A stretch of DNA of 64,000 nt from Octopus sinensis (GCF_006345805.1 NC_043016.1:27590001-27654000); one strand, 5' to 3'. Counted from the first letter of the stretch, positions 25,965-37,850 are shown. Made by a program: numbers and translations. The notes: generated from the sequence alone by a model not told the origin.

Positions 25965-26600
25965 GTGTAGTGTTGGCGAATTCAGGGAGTTTGGAGATTT
26001 TAAAGGATGCAATGTCTCACAGCAACTAACAACTGATTGAGGTAGTTTGTTCCGTGCTTCAGCAACTCTGAGTGTAAAAAAATGTTTCTGAAAGTCATGA
26101 GAGTTGGTCTGTTTTCAGGAGATCAAAAAGGTGCTTAAGGTGGTTGTTAGCATGATGGTTAATAATTTTGTCGGTGTTTACTAAATCAGTTGCAAGACGT
26201 CAGAGCTTAAATGTATCTATGCCCAAGGAAGCAAGGCGTTCAGAATATGGTAGATGCCTGATCGAGGGTATTCGCTTGGTTGCACGTCTCTGAACAGTTT
26301 CCATGAGGTCAATGTCATGAGCAAGATAGGGGTTCCAGACTGGTGATGCAAATTCCAAGTGTGGTCGCACCATGGCCATATACAACCTTAAATAGATAAC
26401 TGGAGAGTGGCTGACAAAGGTCATGCTGATTGATGCCAAGACATTCTCGGCCTTCTTGACAATTATAGAGATGTGTTTTGTCCAGCGCAAATCGCTGCTG
26501 ACAGTAATGCTCAGGTAACGTTCTCGAGAATACTTTTTGATATAAGTGTTGTGGAGGGAGTATGTGGACGCTGGGATTTTCCTCCCCAAATGCATGGTGG
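25965..26600 (-). mobile_element. CR1/L2-type LINE RT C-terminal fragment
   Basis: LYMAMVRPHLEFASPVWNPY...ETVQRRATKRI...YSERL, then KHFFTLRVAEARNKLPQSV. Confidence 0.85.
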
Positions 26601-26712
26601 TATGTATGTGTGTGTGTGTGTGTGTGTGAGTGTGTATTTATGTATGTATGTATGTATGTATGTATGTATGTATGTATGTATATATATATATACACACACA
26701 CACACACATACA

Positions 26713-26748
<36 letters not shown>

Positions 26749-26809
26749 TGTATGTATGTATGTGTGTATGTAAGTATGTATGTATGTATGTATGTATGTG
26801 TGTGTGTGT

Positions 26810-27005
26810 TTGTTACTCCCCATCACCACTTGACAACCAGTGTTGGTATGCTTACGTCCCCGTAACTTAACGGTTCCGCGAAAGTGACCAATAGAATAAG
26901 TACTAGGCTTATAAAAAATAAGTCCTGGGGCCGATTTCTTTGACTAAAGGCGGTACTCTAGCATGGCCGCAGGCAAATGATTGAATTAAGTAAAAGAATA
27001 AAAGA
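26810..27005 (+). mobile_element. SINE family B 3' module
   Basis: CTTGACAACCAGTGTTGGT..GCTTACGTCCCCGTAACTT...GACTAAAGGCGGT.CTCTAGCATGGCCGCAG. Confidence 0.8.
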
Positions 27006-27524
27006 AGTGTAATCAATGATACGCACTGCTCAGACAAAAAAAAGATGTGATGGTCATGTATGGAATGTTTTGATGATTGGTCAACTCGGTGAGTGCCGAA
27101 TTAACACAGGGTTGTTAGAGCGTTGACTAGAATGTCTCGTGTCTTTTTGTTCCGAATCGCTGCACTCCGATTTAAAATTGCATCAAGCTCAGCTTGCTTT
27201 TTCATCCTTCAGAATCGGAAAAAAAATCTTGGAAGGTTGATCGGCGGAACTGCTGGAAGGTGGGACAAAATGTTTTACAGTGTGTTCTGGTTCTTACTGT
27301 TTTGAGTTCAAACCCTGCCACGGCCTACTTCAGTGCTACTCAAAGTGGTGGTCCGCGGACCGGTGCCGGTGCCGGTCCGCGAGCCATCAGCGAGTTTCCA
27401 GAAAAGAAAGAAACATTATGAAATGCTTATATAATATTGTATTATTTGTTTACAAAATAAATATAAGATTTTTTAAAATTTTATCTTCATTATATATATT
27501 TTCAAAGGCGAATAAGCATCGACA

Positions 27525-27592
27525 GCTAGCAGGCCATGCTACTCCAGACTGATGACGAACAATGTCTCTGAAACTAGTCTCTGGTTGCTGGC
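27525..27592 (+). ncRNA. Minimal type I hammerhead ribozyme-like motif
   Basis: CCAGA-CTGATGA-(14 nt weak helix II)-GAAA-CTAG-TC-TCTGG. Helix I is a perfect 5 bp, ACTAGT is palindromic and the triplet is GUC. A distal extension GCTAGCAG/TTGCTGGC is present. Confidence 0.6.
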
Positions 27593-28279
27593 TTTGCTGG
27601 GTGGAGGTGCTTATCTCCCCTTTGAAAACATAAGGATATAGAAAAATGTTTCATGGCTAACTGGAAACGATGTTTCCTAGGGCTAAATAGCAGTAGCATT
27701 CTTCCCTTTCATGGGACTGCTACATTAAGTTGGCAACATACCATCACATTATATGTGTCCCTGGCATATTGGGAAAAATAGACAGTCGGTACGCCTCATA
27801 AGATAGTTTGAGAATCACTAGTCTACTTGGAGGTTAGACTTAATCTGTTGCTAGTTTTAACTCCGTCTTTTGGTACTATAGGCACCTTTTTCAGAAACCA
27901 CTCTGTCACAATCATTCGATCAAGGCCACCAAGTTGAGCGTACCTTGCAGTCCATTTCACACATGTCTCTGTGATCCTGTAAAGGGTACTAACCACTGCC
28001 CTCTCTTCTCCTCCAAATATACCAGTGTTCAATTCGGCGTAAACAACAAACGCAACAGCAACAAATAGACAGAAATAGACGGAGAGAGTTTGCGAATAAA
28101 ATCAGCTTCAGAACAAAACTCAACTTGTCAGGGTTGGTGTTAATGCATTTAATTTCATAGACAACCGCCTCACTTATTACAGATACAATTTAACCATGGA
28201 TTGTATGTTAGTTCTATAGTTTGTTTTAAGCCATCACAACAAAGGTCATGCTGGAGCCTTGCCTTCACAACAATGTATG

Positions 28280-28313
<34 letters not shown>

Positions 28314-28344
28314 TGTATGTATGTATGTATGTATGTATGTATGT

Positions 28345-28384
<40 letters not shown>

Positions 28385-28474
28385 ATGTATGTATGTATGT
28401 ATGTATGTCATCGTACTACTGTGTTTACGCCGTAATACCTTGTATAGAAGTAGTAAAATGGTGACGGTGACAAA

Positions 28475-29120
28475 AGGCGGCCAGCTGGCAGAAACGTTAG
28501 CACACCGGGCGAAATGCTTTGCAGTATTCCGTCTGCCGCTACGTTCTGAGTTCAAATTCCACCGAGGTCGACTTTGCCTTTCATCCTTTCGGAGTCGATT
28601 AAATAAGTACCAGTTACGCACTGGGGTCGACGTAATCGACTTAATCCCTTTGTCTGTCCTTGTTTGTCCCCACTGTGTTTAGCCCCTTGTGGGTAGTAAA
28701 GAAATAGGTTTTCGTCTACCGTTACGTTCTGAGTTCAAATTCCGCCGAGGTTGACTTTGCCTTTCATTCTTTCGTGGTCGATAAATTAAGTACTAGTTAC
28801 CAGTTACGCACTGGGGTCGATATAATCGACTTAATCCCTTTGTCTGTCCTTGTTTGTCCCCTCTACGTTTAGCCCTTATGGGCAATAAAGAAATAAGATA
28901 ACATAAGGTGGCGAGCTGGCAGGGTGATTAGCACGCCTGGCAAAATACTTAACGACATTTCGTCCGTCTTTACGTTCTGAGTTCAAATTCCGCGGAAGTC
29001 GACTTTGCCTTTTATCCTTTCGGGCTTGAAACATTAAATACCAGTTTAGTACTGGCGATCGATTTAATCGACTTATCCTCTTTCATAAACTTGCTGACCT
29101 TGTGTCAAAATTTGAAACTA
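28475..29120 (+). mobile_element. Three head-to-tail SINE family A copies
   Basis: A full head GGCGGCCAGCTGGCAGAAACGTTAGC...GAGTTCAAATTCC (A/B boxes) is followed by core and tail, repeated three times. Confidence 0.88.
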
Positions 29121-29178
29121 GTATGATGACAGTAATAATATCAATGGCAATATCAATACGGCCATGTATTCCTTACCC

Positions 29179-29225
<47 letters not shown>

Positions 29226-29634
29226 CTCCCCCTTTCTCTCTCTCTCTCATAGACGTCTGGTGATTGTCTTGAGTCATTTAATCCAGCTCCCTACATTCTG
29301 TGTTCGAACCCTGCTGAGGTAGACTTTGTCTTTCATACTTTCGCAGAATTGTTATCGAGTTGACTACTGTCTTGTAAGTGGACATTGTAGACGGAAAGTG
29401 TACGGAAGCCCACTGTGTGTGTGTGTGTGTGTTTTCCTCGCCATCGCTTGTCAAGCTGACACCGCTTGTGCGTTTTAACGTAACTTAGCAGTTTTGCAAG
29501 AGAGACAGATAGATATGTACAAGGCGTAAAAAAATAAATAATTACTGGGATCGATTTGTTCCCCTAAAAAACTATTAAGGCAGAGCCTCAGCAAGGTCGC
29601 AATCCAATGACTGAAAACAAATAAAATGAAGAAC

Positions 29635-29664
<30 letters not shown>

Positions 29665-29674
<10 letters not shown>

Positions 29675-29960
29675 TAGGGAATAAATCCAAACTTACAGGG
29701 AAAAATCAGATTTAGGATTATATCCAATTTTATAGTATAAATATTATATTATATTAAATTAGAGATAAAACCACTATTAAGCAAATCAAACAATGAAAAA
29801 CATTAGCCAATACATAAAATTAATTAAATTATATTATTTAAATATATATCAAAAGTATTAAAAGTTTAATAAAAGATAAAGAGTAAAACACTACGATCGT
29901 TTCATGGCTGTACAATTCGTAATAATTCGAGTTATGGTTACAGTGAATCTTCAGGTTAAT
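29665..29960 (-). mobile_element. PLE-like terminal segment with degenerate hammerhead-like motif
   Basis: The minus strand has CTGAAGA (29954-29948) ... CAGCCAT-GAAA-CGATCG-TA (29903-29892) with the palindrome ACGATCGT. The same family occurs at 32245-32485 and 8070-8260. Confidence 0.55.
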
Positions 29961-29985
29961 TGAAATATCTTAGCGAGGTTTATAC

Positions 29986-30027
<42 letters not shown>

Positions 30028-30049
30028 TATATATATATTATATATATAT

Positions 30050-30101
<52 letters not shown>

Positions 30102-30131
30102 CATACATACATACATACATACATACATACA

Positions 30132-30160
<29 letters not shown>

Positions 30161-30162
<2 letters not shown>

Positions 30163-30720
30163 GATGGGACCGATGAGACATGATGTTGTAACTAAGACGC
30201 TCTATAATGAAATCCATCAGGAGGATAATCCAGAGCACAAAGAAATAAGAACCCACAGTATGGTAGAAGCCATAGCCACCCGTAATAAAAAGGAGTACAG
30301 GTGGAATGTCCCAGTGAAGACCGCAATAAAATGTTAGCACAACAGACCTGATATAATGATTAGGGATTGAGAAGAGAAACGGTGCACAGTTGTGGAAATT
30401 AGCTGCCCATCGGATGTTAACATAAAGCTGAAGATCAGTGAAAAAGGTAATACATACACTAAACTATTGAGAAATTTGCAGTTACTCTATCTAGATTACA
30501 AGTTGAAGTTTATACTTGTAAAATATACAATTCTTTATTTCACGATAGGCAGGCAAGGTTCCCAGGTATACGAATAAGAATACAAGAGTTAAGGAATGGA
30601 GTAGATAGTGAGCAGAACCTCGGAAGAAGTAAACATCCAAGCGAGGTGCATGCAACAGGTTACCCTTCAGGCCAAGGGTATCTTTGTTAGATTAAGTTTA
30701 CATTATCGTTAGGAAGTCCA
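30161..30720 (+). mobile_element. RLE-encoding non-LTR retrotransposon 3' fragment (R4/Dong-like), pseudogene
   Basis: RHDVVTKTLY...EYRWNVPVKTAIKC*HNRPDIMI...TVVEISCPSDVNI...EKGNTY, a PD-(D/E)xK restriction-like endonuclease motif. Confidence 0.75.
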
Positions 30721-30804
30721 TCTTAACACACAGAGGATTCGGCACTTATATATACATACAGGCATTCATACATACATACATACATACATACATACATACA
30801 TACA

Positions 30805-30837
<33 letters not shown>

Positions 30838-31558
30838 GCACAGATGGAAAATATTCCTTGATTGGTGCCTTTGTATGTATTCTTTTTTAACAACTTAACT
30901 GTCCACAGATATCCTGTATTATTTCTGTATTTATTTAACATCTTCAATTACCTTACTCTATTTTATCTCTTTATGTCTTACAATACCTCCTACTTCTACA
31001 TCAAAAGTGGGGGATGGAGGATAATGGGAGGGGGGAAAAGGCAAAGAAATAATTTACAGAGTTTCATATTATAAACACAAATAGTTGTATACACCTCAAA
31101 ATATTAGTAGTCGAAATTCAAGATTTGTTGGCTCCTGAAAAAGCTGTTAGAAAATACGTTACACGTGATTGTCATTAATAGAACATATGAGGTATTTTCC
31201 TTATATATTGTTACGCTACTTCCCTACATTAATAATCAGCAACGTAAAACTCAACATTTCAATCAGCGTTAACTTCCAATAAAACGTACAAATTCTATTT
31301 TACGCAGTGTGTAGATTTTTCTTCGTTTGTAAACAAAAATATTCACCAGTCTGTGACGTATTTCTTAAATATAACATGTTCTTTCAAATATTTTATTAAT
31401 TCCCATTTTAGATTTTAACAACCTCAAAATTTTCATAAGGGAGATAACTCCTTTCCATTCCTTTTAATTAACCTATTTGGACTATAATTTGTGATTTCAA
31501 TTAACTGACTTGTCTCAAGTTTATTTATACTCTCCTCCCCTCTTTCCCTCTCTCTTTC

Positions 31559-32213
31559 TCCCTACATTTATTATAATAAATGCGAATGTCAGTGTGTCGC
31601 ACTTTTTCAACTTTACCCTTAGAGGCCGTAGCCCTACATACCATATTATTTTGGTATCAGGCGACTCCTTGAGTAAATTAAAAGCATTCCGGGCTGAATC
31701 CGGACCCGCAATCCTGAAATTTTGAATTCCCAAGTTTCCATTACTGCGATTGTTTTCGGTGATTTTTTTACATGACTTTTTGCAATGAATTGTTTTGTAC
31801 GATAACAATTTTTATAATCTAAAGGTCGACTCTGTGAGTAAATTAAAAATATACCTGGCCAAACCCGAACTCGCGATCCTGAAATTTTGGATTCCCGAGT
31901 TTTCATTACTGTGATTATTTTCGGCAGTTTTTTTTTTCGTGACTTTTTTGCGGTGAATCTTTTTGTACGATAACAATTTTTATAATTTGGAAATAAATTT
32001 TGGGAATAATCGAAATTAACTGCGAAATCCAGCGATTAATTTCGGCGATTTTTTTACTTGATTGTTTGCAACGAATATGATCATTATTGGGATATGACTC
32101 TGGAAGAAGCAATTGCAACAAATTCTCCAAAACAAGTCTGAGATCTGTTTGCAGATTTTTCCATTCGAGGTCAGTAGCTTAAAAGCTCCCCGATAGGGTG
32201 GTTTTTAAACTAG
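31559..32213 (+). mobile_element. Probable non-autonomous Helitron with an internal ~167 bp tandem duplication
   Basis: The 5' end reads TC..TACATTTATTATAATAAATGCGAA and the 3' end has a weak hairpin plus CTAG|T at 32210-32214. Units at ~31660-31825 and ~31828-31990 are similar. Confidence 0.5.
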
Positions 32214-32244
32214 TATAAATATATATATATTTATATATATAATA

Positions 32245-32485
32245 AAATATTAGGGAATAAATCCAAACTTACAGGGAAAAATCAGATTGAATCCAATTTT
32301 ATAGTAAAATATTATATTATATTAAATTAGAGATAAAACCACTATTAGCAAATGATACAATTATCTTTTTTTATAATTTTGATATATATTTAAAATAATA
32401 TAAATTAATTAATCTTATGTATTGGCTTGAGTTTTTCATTGTATGATTTGCCTAATAGTGGTTTTATCTCTAATTTAATATATAT
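32245..32485. mobile_element. Folded-back copy of the 29665-29960 family
   Basis: It starts identically (TATTAGGGAATAAATCCAAACTTACAGGG). TATATTAAATTAGAGATAAAACCACTATTAG is inverted at ~32450-32482. Confidence 0.75.
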
Positions 32486-32500
32486 ATATATATATATATA

Positions 32501-32759
32501 TAGTGAAGGGAAGAAATGGAGCTGAACGAAGATTCTACAGAATTCCTTTTATTATTTTTCCTAAGGAGCGTTTTGTTCGAATTGCTTGCTGCGCATTTGT
32601 TTGGAGATTTAAATTCCTGGATTTTCCTGAAGAGAAAGCTGCAAAATGGTCTCCTTATTCAATCCGAATTTGGAAATTTGCGGCCTTTGAAACATGTGTA
32701 GAAAATAATAAAAGGAATTCTGTAGAATCTTCGTTCAGCTCCATTTCTTCCCTTCACTA
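32501..32759 (+). mobile_element. Mini-element with ~60 bp terminal inverted arms enclosing a hammerhead motif
   Basis: TAGTGAAGGGAAGAAATGGAGCTGAACG... and its reverse complement form the two ends. Confidence 0.85.
32621..32706 (+). ncRNA. Type I hammerhead ribozyme-like motif (best formed in the window)
   Basis: ATTTTC-CTGAAGA-(G)AAAG CTGCAAA...TTTGCGG C CTTT-GAAA-CATGTG-TA-GAAAAT. Helix I is a perfect 6 bp, the core is intact, helix II is ~11 bp and the triplet is GUA. Confidence 0.7.
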
Positions 32760-32910
32760 AATATATTAAACTTCAATTATCCGCGCTAAGGCACGGTTGC
32801 GACACCCCATGGTCGTAACTTCAACCGTGTTTTTTCTGTTGTGATTTTTGCTACCCAGGTATCGGTTAAATTTTGAATAATCCGTAACAAGATAATTCAT
32901 TTATCCATTT

Positions 32911-32962
<52 letters not shown>

Positions 32963-32964
32963 GC

Positions 32965-33625
32965 ATGTATGTTTTTTTTCTTTGAGTTTAATTTAGTTTC
33001 TTGGGAGTTCAAACCTGTTGGTAACAAAGCAACAAAACTTTTTGAGTTGAGCGAGTTCTCGGTGTTTGTTTTTATATGTTGTTGAGTTGGTGCGTTGGTT
33101 GAGCTGTCGATGTAAACACCCAAGTATCTGCATCTATTCACCGAAAGAATCTCAAATGGAGAATCTTTGGAATTTCTTACAAATCTTCACTATGTTGCTA
33201 ATAGATTGGATGTTGAGAATCCGCATCAGTTTCTTTTGCTCTTTTCTGTGAAACCGGGTATTTCTAGGATTTTGTGGAAATTTGTTGGTACATAACCTAA
33301 TGCACTTATGAAGATAAGTACAAATGAGGATTCATAGTCAGCGTACAAGAGCTGCAAATTTCGCATTAATTCACCATAAATGTTCACTTTTTTCTGGACT
33401 TTCGATTATATACATTTATATCAGCTGGGCAGCTGGCCTCTACAACAGTATATGACCTGTTCCCTGTCCCACAGAACAACGATTTGTTATGTTTGCACCG
33501 AATTGAAGTTTTTTATTAAGATGTTCCACCAATATGCCTTGTTTTTAAAGGTGTGAATACCTGCTGGTTCTGACATGCCATGGATTTTTAGGTCAGAGCA
33601 GCCGATCTTGTGGATAGCAGTAAAC
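32965..33625 (-). mobile_element. Second RLE-type LINE 3' fragment (R4/Dong-like), diverged
   Basis: The minus strand reads YWWNILIKTSIRCKHNK...TVVEASCPADIN...NIYGELMRNLQLLYADY...SALGYVP, homologous to 30161-30720. Confidence 0.7.
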
Positions 33626-33644
33626 AGTCTTTGCTATGTATGTA

Positions 33645-33932
33645 TACTCTTTTACTTGTTTCAGTCATTTGACTGTGGCCATGCTGCAGCACCGCCTTTA
33701 GTCGAGCAAATCGACCCCAGGACCTATTCTTTGTAAGCCTAGTACTTATTCTATTGGTTTCTTTTGTCGAACTGCTAAGTTACAGGGATCTAAACACACC
33801 AGCATCGGTTGTCAAGCGATGTTGGGGTGGGGCAAACACACACACACACATACACACACACACATACATGCATACATACATACATATGTACATACAAACA
33901 TACATACATCATACATACATACATACATACAA

Positions 33933-33987
<55 letters not shown>

Positions 33988-34365
33988 AATATACGACGGG
34001 CTTCTTTCAGTTTCCATCCACCAAATCCACTTGCCCAAGGTGCCACGCAGTGGGACTGAACCCGGAACCATGTGGTTCGTAAGCAAGCTACGTACCTATT
34101 TCTTTATTACCCACAAGGGGCTAAACACAGAGGGGACAAACAAGGACAGACATAGGTATTAAGTCGATTACATCGACCCCAGTGCGTAACTGGTACTTAA
34201 TTTATCGACCCCCGAAAGGATGAAAGGCAAAGTCGACCTCGGCGGAATTTGAACTCACAACGTAACGGCAGACGAAATACCGCTAAGCATTTCGCCCGGC
34301 GTGCTAACGTTTCTGCCAGCTCGCCGCCTTAAGCAAGCTACGTACCACACAGCCACTCCTACGCC
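33645..34365 (-). mobile_element. Complete SINE family B interrupted by a SINE family A insertion
   Basis: Tail 33645-33840, microsatellite, then the head split by the insertion at 34097-34329. Confidence 0.85.
34097..34329 (-). mobile_element. Full-length SINE family A with 17-bp TSD
   Basis: TAAGCAAGCTACGTACC occurs at 34080-34096 and 34330-34346. The central GCCTTTCATCCTTTCGGGGTCGATAAA..AAGTACCAG resembles the MetaSINE/Sauria-type core (from memory). Confidence 0.92.
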
Positions 34366-34499
34366 TATGTATGTATGTATGTATGTATGTATGTATGTAT
34401 GTATGTATGTATGTATGTATGTATGTATGTATGTATGTATGTATGTATGTATGTATGTATTATGTATGTATGTATGTATGTGTGTACGTATGCATATAT

Positions 34500-35020
34500 G
34501 TCAGGTCACTTTCGAGTGCTACTGGTAACATGTAACCCAGTACAACCTGTTGTATGGTCGGGTCGTCGGCGACTAAACCGGCAACCCCACCAAGCTTACT
34601 TGGTGAGGAGGGTGTTTATTGGACACCCTGCGGGATGAAAAACAAAACCCGTCAAAGGGCGGAGGAACTCTTGAGAGTCAATGGCCATTCAATAAATGTC
34701 TTAAGGCTGTATCATGCGCGGGGACATAGAAATAATCGGACTGAATACCCGATCGCGCGGTTAAACCATTGGGAGTGAAGGACTCCTAGCCTTTGTTAGG
34801 GCATCCTTCTAGGAGAAGATAACTCAGGTAACTGGGATAATTCCGACATAAAACCTGCGGCTCAGGGGTTACCGATGATGTTGACTTGTTTTTCTTTTCG
34901 GATTATGGCTCAGTGCACAGCCTTTCCTCACTTTAAAAAATCTTGCACAGGCATTGCACGATAACAACATTGATTAAGCTTCGTACAATGGCCATACTCG
35001 ATAACGAGGGCGCAGCCACC
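34500..35020 (+). mobile_element. Possible RTE 5' UTR fragment
   Basis: GC-richer structured segment with GGGCATCCTTCTAGGAGAAGATAACTC, similar to RTE 5' UTR motifs. No ORF is confirmed. Confidence 0.35.
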
Positions 35021-35053
<33 letters not shown>

Positions 35054-35178
35054 TGTATGTATGTATGTATGTATGTATGTATGTATGTATTCATGCATGC
35101 ATGCATTCACGTAGGTATGTATGTGTGTATGGATGTATGTATGTATGCGTGTGTGTATATATATATATATATGTATAT

Positions 35179-35232
<54 letters not shown>

Positions 35233-35607
35233 TGTGTAATATATAGATTCGCAGACTCGTGCGGCTATCATGGAAAGCTCTTCTAGCGGATATGGCTAAC
35301 AGATCTCATAGTAATCCAATATGGAGGAGTATAATGCAACACGCCTATGTAGCTGAAGTCCAGATTTAATCAATGAGATTATTTGATGAGGAGTATATAA
35401 GCCATAAAACGTCAGGGGCTATGAGAGATGAATATATTTATTCATTTTACCACTTGCCATCCTTAGCATTATTGATGTTACGCAGCCTTCATTATGTAAT
35501 AATATACTGAAATTATTATTACACGATGAAGGTTGCGGGACGGCCATTATTCTTAAGATGACAAGTAGTTAAATAAATATATTCACTGCCTCCTGACTTT
35601 TGATGGT

Positions 35608-36075
35608 ACATACATACATACATACATACATACATACATACATACATACATACATACATACATACATGCATGCATGCATACATGCAAGCATGCATACATA
35701 CACACATACATACATACAGACACACACATACATACATACATACATATATACATGCATACATACATACATACTACACGCATACATACATACGTACACACAC
35801 ATGCATACATACATACATACATACATACTACACGCATAAATACATACGTACACACACATACATACATACACACATACATACATACATACATACATACATA
35901 CATACATACATACATACATACATGCAAGCATACATGCATATAGACATATATGCATATATACATATATACATGCATGCAAGCATGCATACAAACATTCATG
36001 CACACATACACACATATATACATATACTCACACACATATATACATACATACACACACATTCATACATACATACAT

Positions 36076-36108
<33 letters not shown>

Positions 36109-36165
36109 TACATACATACATACATACATACATACATACATACATACATACATACATACATTCAT
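35608..36165. repeat. (TACA)n/(CA)n compound microsatellite
   Basis: Directly visible. Confidence 0.97.
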
Positions 36166-36169
36166 ACAC

Positions 36170-36493
36170 TTTCTGTTTTTGTTGTACCTGTATTTCAAAG
36201 GGTCAGCCTTGTCACACTCTGTGTCACTCTGAATCTCCCCGAGAACTATATTAAGGGTACATGTGTCTGTGGAGTGCTCAGCCACATGCACGTTAATAAA
36301 TGCACTGCTATGTCTCTGGTGCCAAGCTGTATCGGCCTTTGCCTTTCCCTTGGATAACATCAGTGGTGTGGAGAGGGGAGGCTGGTATGCATGGGCGACT
36401 GCTGGTCTTCCATAAACAACCTTGCCCAGACTTGTGCCACGGAGGGTAACTTACTAGGTGCAATCCCATGGTCAGTCATGACCGAAGGGGGTC

Positions 36494-36495
<2 letters not shown>
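36170..36495 (+). mobile_element. Chimeric SINE fragment (tail of the 37850-type family joined to a family D tail)
   Basis: 36170-36297 matches the reverse complement of 37900-38030. 36297-36495 matches the family D tail (GGTGCCAAGCTGTATCGGCC...GACCGAAGGGGGTCAC). Confidence 0.65.
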
Positions 36496-36530
<35 letters not shown>

Positions 36531-37129
36531 CATACACGACGGGCTTCTTTCAGTTTCCGTCTACCAAATCCACTCACAAGGCATTGGTCATCCTGCGCGA
36601 CTTCTGGGACTTGACTGATGAAAGAAAGCCAAGAATGACCGATCTGTTTTTGCCTGTCCTTCTAATTGTTGTTTCTCTTGCCCGCCTTTATATCGTCTAT
36701 CTGTCCGAGCGTTTTAATGCCCTCTATTACTTTTTTGTTCAATTTATGTGTGTGTGTGCGTCTGTATGTGTGTGTGTATGTGTGTGCGCGTGTGTGCGTG
36801 TGTGTGTGCGTGTGTGTGTGTCTGCGTGTGTCTGCGTGTGTGTGTTTGTGTGTCTGTGTTTGTTCCTCCACCATCGCTTGAAAACCGATGTTGGTGTGTT
36901 TACGTCCACGTAACTTAGCGGTTCGGTAAAATGAAACCGATAGAATAAGTACTAGGTTTACGAAGAATAAGTCCTGAGGTCGATTTGTTCGACTAAAGGC
37001 GGTGCTCCAGTATGGCCGCTGTCAAATGACTGAAACAAATAAAAGAATAAAAATAAAAATAAAACTTGCTTACCTGCATCAACTTGTTATAAAAGCAGGT
37101 AGTAATTTTACCTTGTTTTTGTTCTTAGT

Positions 37130-37850
37130 GCAAGTTTTGAAGAGTGCAGTTAGATTTTAACATTTATTTTTTTTGGAAGTGACAAAGGAGTATATTCGGC
37201 ATATTTTGTTTTATGAGTTCAATAAAAGCAACAACGCAACGGAAAGTGCGAGGAATATTAATGCAGTATATAGGGATCAGACAATAAGTGTAAGCCGGTG
37301 TCAATGGTGGTTCTAGAAATTCCAAGCCGGAAACTGCAACCTGGAAGATGAACCTCGTCCTGGAAGATCTGTAGAGCTTGACAAAGACTTCCTGCAAAAC
37401 CTGGTGGAACAAAATCTAATTCGTAACTGTTGAAGAACTAGCAGAGAAGCTTAGATTTGGTCATTTAACCAGTCATTCAAGTCAGCGCTAGAAGAAAAGC
37501 GACCATCTTCGGTTTCAAGACGAAAGGTGTTCTTCCATCAGGATAATGCTCGGCCACATACAGCGATGATGACATTCCAAAGGCTGGAGCAGTTTGAATG
37601 GGAAACGATGCCCTACCCACCAGATTCGCCAAACATTGCCCCATCTGATTATCATTCATTCAGCAGTCTTCAAAATCATTTGGACGGAAGTGAATTTTGG
37701 AAGAGGGTCCTTGAACATCTACCAGATAAATGTAAGAGCATTGTAGAAAATGAAAGAGTATATTTTAGATTAAAAAAGAACTTTGTTTATCTTAATTTTG
37801 AATAATAAAAGAAGCATAAAAAACCGCATTATTTATGGGATGACCCACTA
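37130..37850 (+). mobile_element. Internally deleted mariner relic
   Basis: N-terminal HTH region EYIRHILFYEFNK...LEDEPRPGRS and catalytic region FHQDNARPHT...DSPNIAPSDYH. The TIR-like end is TTATGGGATGACCCACTA. Confidence 0.85.

Noticed and set aside
32501-32759. MITE interpretation of the 60-bp terminal inverted repeats
   Set aside because: The arm boundary coincides with a hammerhead cleavage triplet and no superfamily-diagnostic TIR is evident. PLE-type inversion is preferred, though not proven.
34500-34620. Possible HDV-like or twister ribozyme at an RTE 5' UTR
   Set aside because: There are several hairpins (CACT-TTCG-AGTG, TACTGG/CCAGTA, GTCG/CGAC, CACCAAG/CTTGGTG), but I could not build the nested double pseudoknot or the twister core by hand.
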